Positions 61,600 through 64,000 of a stretch of DNA of 64,000 nt are shown here, piece after piece. Below the pieces are notes generated by a model. That model saw only the letters and a list, made by a program, of their open reading frames with translations. It was not told the origin of the DNA and did no database searches. The stretch is taken from contig NC_058131.1 in assembly GCF_016433145.1 (NCBI RefSeq), positions 140,753,378 through 140,817,377 on the forward strand, given 5' to 3'. This stretch comes from Gracilinanus agilis. Its lineage: Eukaryota. Each line of letters begins with the position of its first letter. The stretch's first letter is position 1. The translations under genes were made by a program, and so were the position numbers.

Positions 61600-61900
61600 C
61601 TAAGATATTTGTTAAGTATTTACTATTTGCCAGGAACTGTGGTAAAATCTGCGGATACAAATACAAGCAAACATGACAGGTCCTGCCCTCAAAGAGCTTA
61701 CATTCCAACTTGGTAAGACATCAGGAGAAGTTAGAAAGATGAGTAGGAGAGTCCCTTTGAAGGGACAAGATAGCTGGTGTAGAAGTGAAGGCCAGAGGGT
61801 CTGTGGAGCCAGAAGTGAAGTCAGTATGGCTGAGGCCCCTCATGAAATGCTGATCCAGGCTGGGGACTGGCCAAGGTTGGGGCATCATCTGCAGAAGACC
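61600..61900 (-). mobile_element. L2-tailed element with an unassigned body
   Basis: atttgttaagtatttactatttgccagg...gtcctgccctcaaagagcttacattc tail. Confidence 0.5.
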
Positions 61901-63349
61901 ACTCTTGACAAGTACATTTTCCTTGGGTAAAAAGAAGAGAATAGAAGGGGGAAAATAATCTTGAACAGTCTACCAACAGTCTTTTATTAGCACAACATTA
62001 TGGATTAGTTTGTTTAGGTGTTTTCTGGTTTCTTTTTTATTGTTGTTCAAGATTTGTAGGAGAGATTGAAAAGAGTTAGATGGGGAAAGGTAGAGAGTTT
62101 TCTCAAAGCCACTAATATGTCCCCTTATAGATATGAATCAGAGATTGGAAGCACAAGCAGGCCTTGGGGTAGGAAAGAGACTTATTTCCTTTTTCTTAGT
62201 AATGAACTTTTAATCAATACTTTTATCAGGTTAGATGCTGCAAGGAACATGTGTCAGCCTCTTAGTGGTCACTGACCTTGCAGAAATGCAGAAAAGTGTT
62301 CCATTTTCCTATTAATCTTATGTGTTTCCCCACCTCATGTCGTCAGTAAACTACTAACAGGCTGAGAAACCTGATGGCTGAAGAAATTTTTTCTCAAATG
62401 AGTCAGTTTCCTTCTCCAAAACCCTCTAGAATCCTTTTCTAGTTACTTTTTATTTTGTTCTGTCTTGTTCAGGGAAGGCAATGAGATGGCCTCAGGCAGG
62501 TACAGGATATGACCCATGTAAAGAATATCAGCTCTAAAACTGGGGAGTGGGAGTAGAGGTTTTTCCTCCCCTCCTTCTCTTTTGCACAAGAGAAAAGGCT
62601 ACGGCTGACAAGCAGCAAAACCTCAACTTGAAAATAGGTTCGGCTTGGAGTTGAGATTCAGTACTCTGATAATGGGAGAACGTTTCTTAATTAAGCGTGA
62701 AGGCTGATGCCTGTAATTGCCATAGCAGAATTGGAATGAATTAAAGTCTGGAAGAAAAAAAAAGAATCCAACTCTGGCCATGCAGTTCTTCATACTAAAT
62801 TCCCTTCACCCAGTTGAGGTGGTTTGAAAACAAAATGGAAAAGAGCAAAATTTGGAAATGATGTTGCTTGATCCTTTCAGCCCTGAGCTTGTCTTCCAAT
62901 TCAAGGCAAGACACTGATGAGTACCCTCTCCCCTGGACTTCATCCCAATCTTTGTTTCCTTAGCCTTCTCTTTTTATGTTTTAAAGCAATTGAGGAGAAC
63001 CAGCACATGTTCCATTTAGATGTTGGCTCCTTCTCTCCCAATTGGCTGGAAGAGATCTATTTATTGGGGCTCAAACCTCAACTTCTGAATCATTGGTTTT
63101 AATTTCCAAAGAGTGAAAAACAATAAAGAAGTAGGCTTAAATTTCAGCTGAAATATCTAATGAAAAATCTCAGTTATAGGGCAATGGATCCATTTCCTTC
63201 CTTCTTCCTCTACAGGGGACCATAAATTCATCGTCTAGAGTAGTTAAGGAAAGAAAATCCTCTTTTTCACTTCTTTTTGGGGGCAAGAGTATTCCTTTTT
63301 ATGTACTTAAGGGGACTATCCTCTGAGGATTTATTATAAAGTAATCTTA

Positions 63350-63545
63350 AGACGTAGTAAGGAGAGAGTTGGTTATAGAGCCAGGGAGCCTGAAGTCTAC
63401 TCCCAGCTCTTGTGCAAACTAGCTGTGTTATCATGGGCAATCCCCTTGATTTCTCTCAACCTCAGTTTCTTCATCTCTAAAAATGAGGATAATAGCACTT
63501 GTACTACTTTCCTCACAGAGTTGTTATATAGAAAATGTTTTAAGG
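63350..63545 (+). mobile_element. MIR SINE
   Basis: gagccagggagcctgaagtctactcccagctc...cctcagtttcttcatctctaaaaatgaggataat. Confidence 0.8.
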
Positions 63546-63891
63546 GAAACACAAGAGTTTGCAAGTACCATGTAAGTTAAAACATCTCTATCAGTAACCT
63601 CCTCCAACACCTCAGACTCATGTGGAGATAGCCCAGACCTAATAGTCTTGGAATAGTAATGCCCCTACATTTTACACCCCTGTTTCTAGCCCATGCCATC
63701 CTCCAATGGAATCAATCTTGGGGAAACAGGATTTGACTCCTATTTGTGGAAGCAGTTTAGCTCAGATATTCTCAGCCACCAAAGCAACTGAATTTCAGGA
63801 AAAGAAAGTTTTTCCTACTATCATGGGCATGATGGACAGTTAAACATCAGAAATGGATATTTTTTATCAGTTAAAAACATCTTGTATTTCA

Positions 63892-64000
63892 TTGTTGTTC
63901 AGTCATGTCTGATCCCTCATGACTCCATTTGGGGTTTTCTTGGAGAAGATACTGGAGTGGTTTACCATTTCCTTCTCCAACTCATTTTACAGATGAGGAA
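63892..64000 (-). mobile_element. MAR1 SINE, truncated by the window end
   Basis: ttgttgttcagtcatgtctga...ccatttggggttttcttggagaagatactggagtggtttaccatttccttctcc. Confidence 0.93.

Noticed and set aside
1-64000. CRISPR arrays, rRNA, tRNA genes, NUMTs, prokaryotic or phage-like operons
   Set aside because: None seen. The tRNA-like A/B boxes all belong to SINE heads, and the window is mammalian repeat-rich DNA.

Overview
Marsupial genomic DNA, most likely the opossum Monodelphis domestica: seven SINE1_Mdo-type SINEs, MAR1/MIR/MIR3 SINEs and marsupial L1 3' ends are present. The window is AT-rich, CpG-depleted and repeat-dense intronic or intergenic sequence with two assembly gaps (20819-20981, 35756-35996). 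Most of it is layered retroelement debris (L2, L3/CR1, MIR family, L1, SINE1) plus several DNA-transposon relics (Tigger1 derivative, two Charlie4z-like copies, Arthur1-like, one intact hAT MITE) and a 7SL RNA retrocopy. None of the supplied six-frame ORFs is a credible host gene: they are repeat antisense frames, L1 ORF2 remnants, low-complexity tracts or N-gap read-throughs. The best host-gene signal is one well-formed minus-strand exon (59922-60012) carrying an ATG and 25 codons that I cannot assign to a known protein. I see no CRISPR array, rRNA, tRNA or supportable novel biological system. The most unusual items are structurally odd L1 insertions: a full-length, TSD-flanked L1 with an in-frame ORF2 deletion that removes the RT domain, and a three-piece inverted and scrambled L1 inside one TSD. 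Repeat family names come from my recall of consensus sequences, not from a database search. Boundaries of old repeats are approximate (tens of bp); TSD coordinates were read directly.
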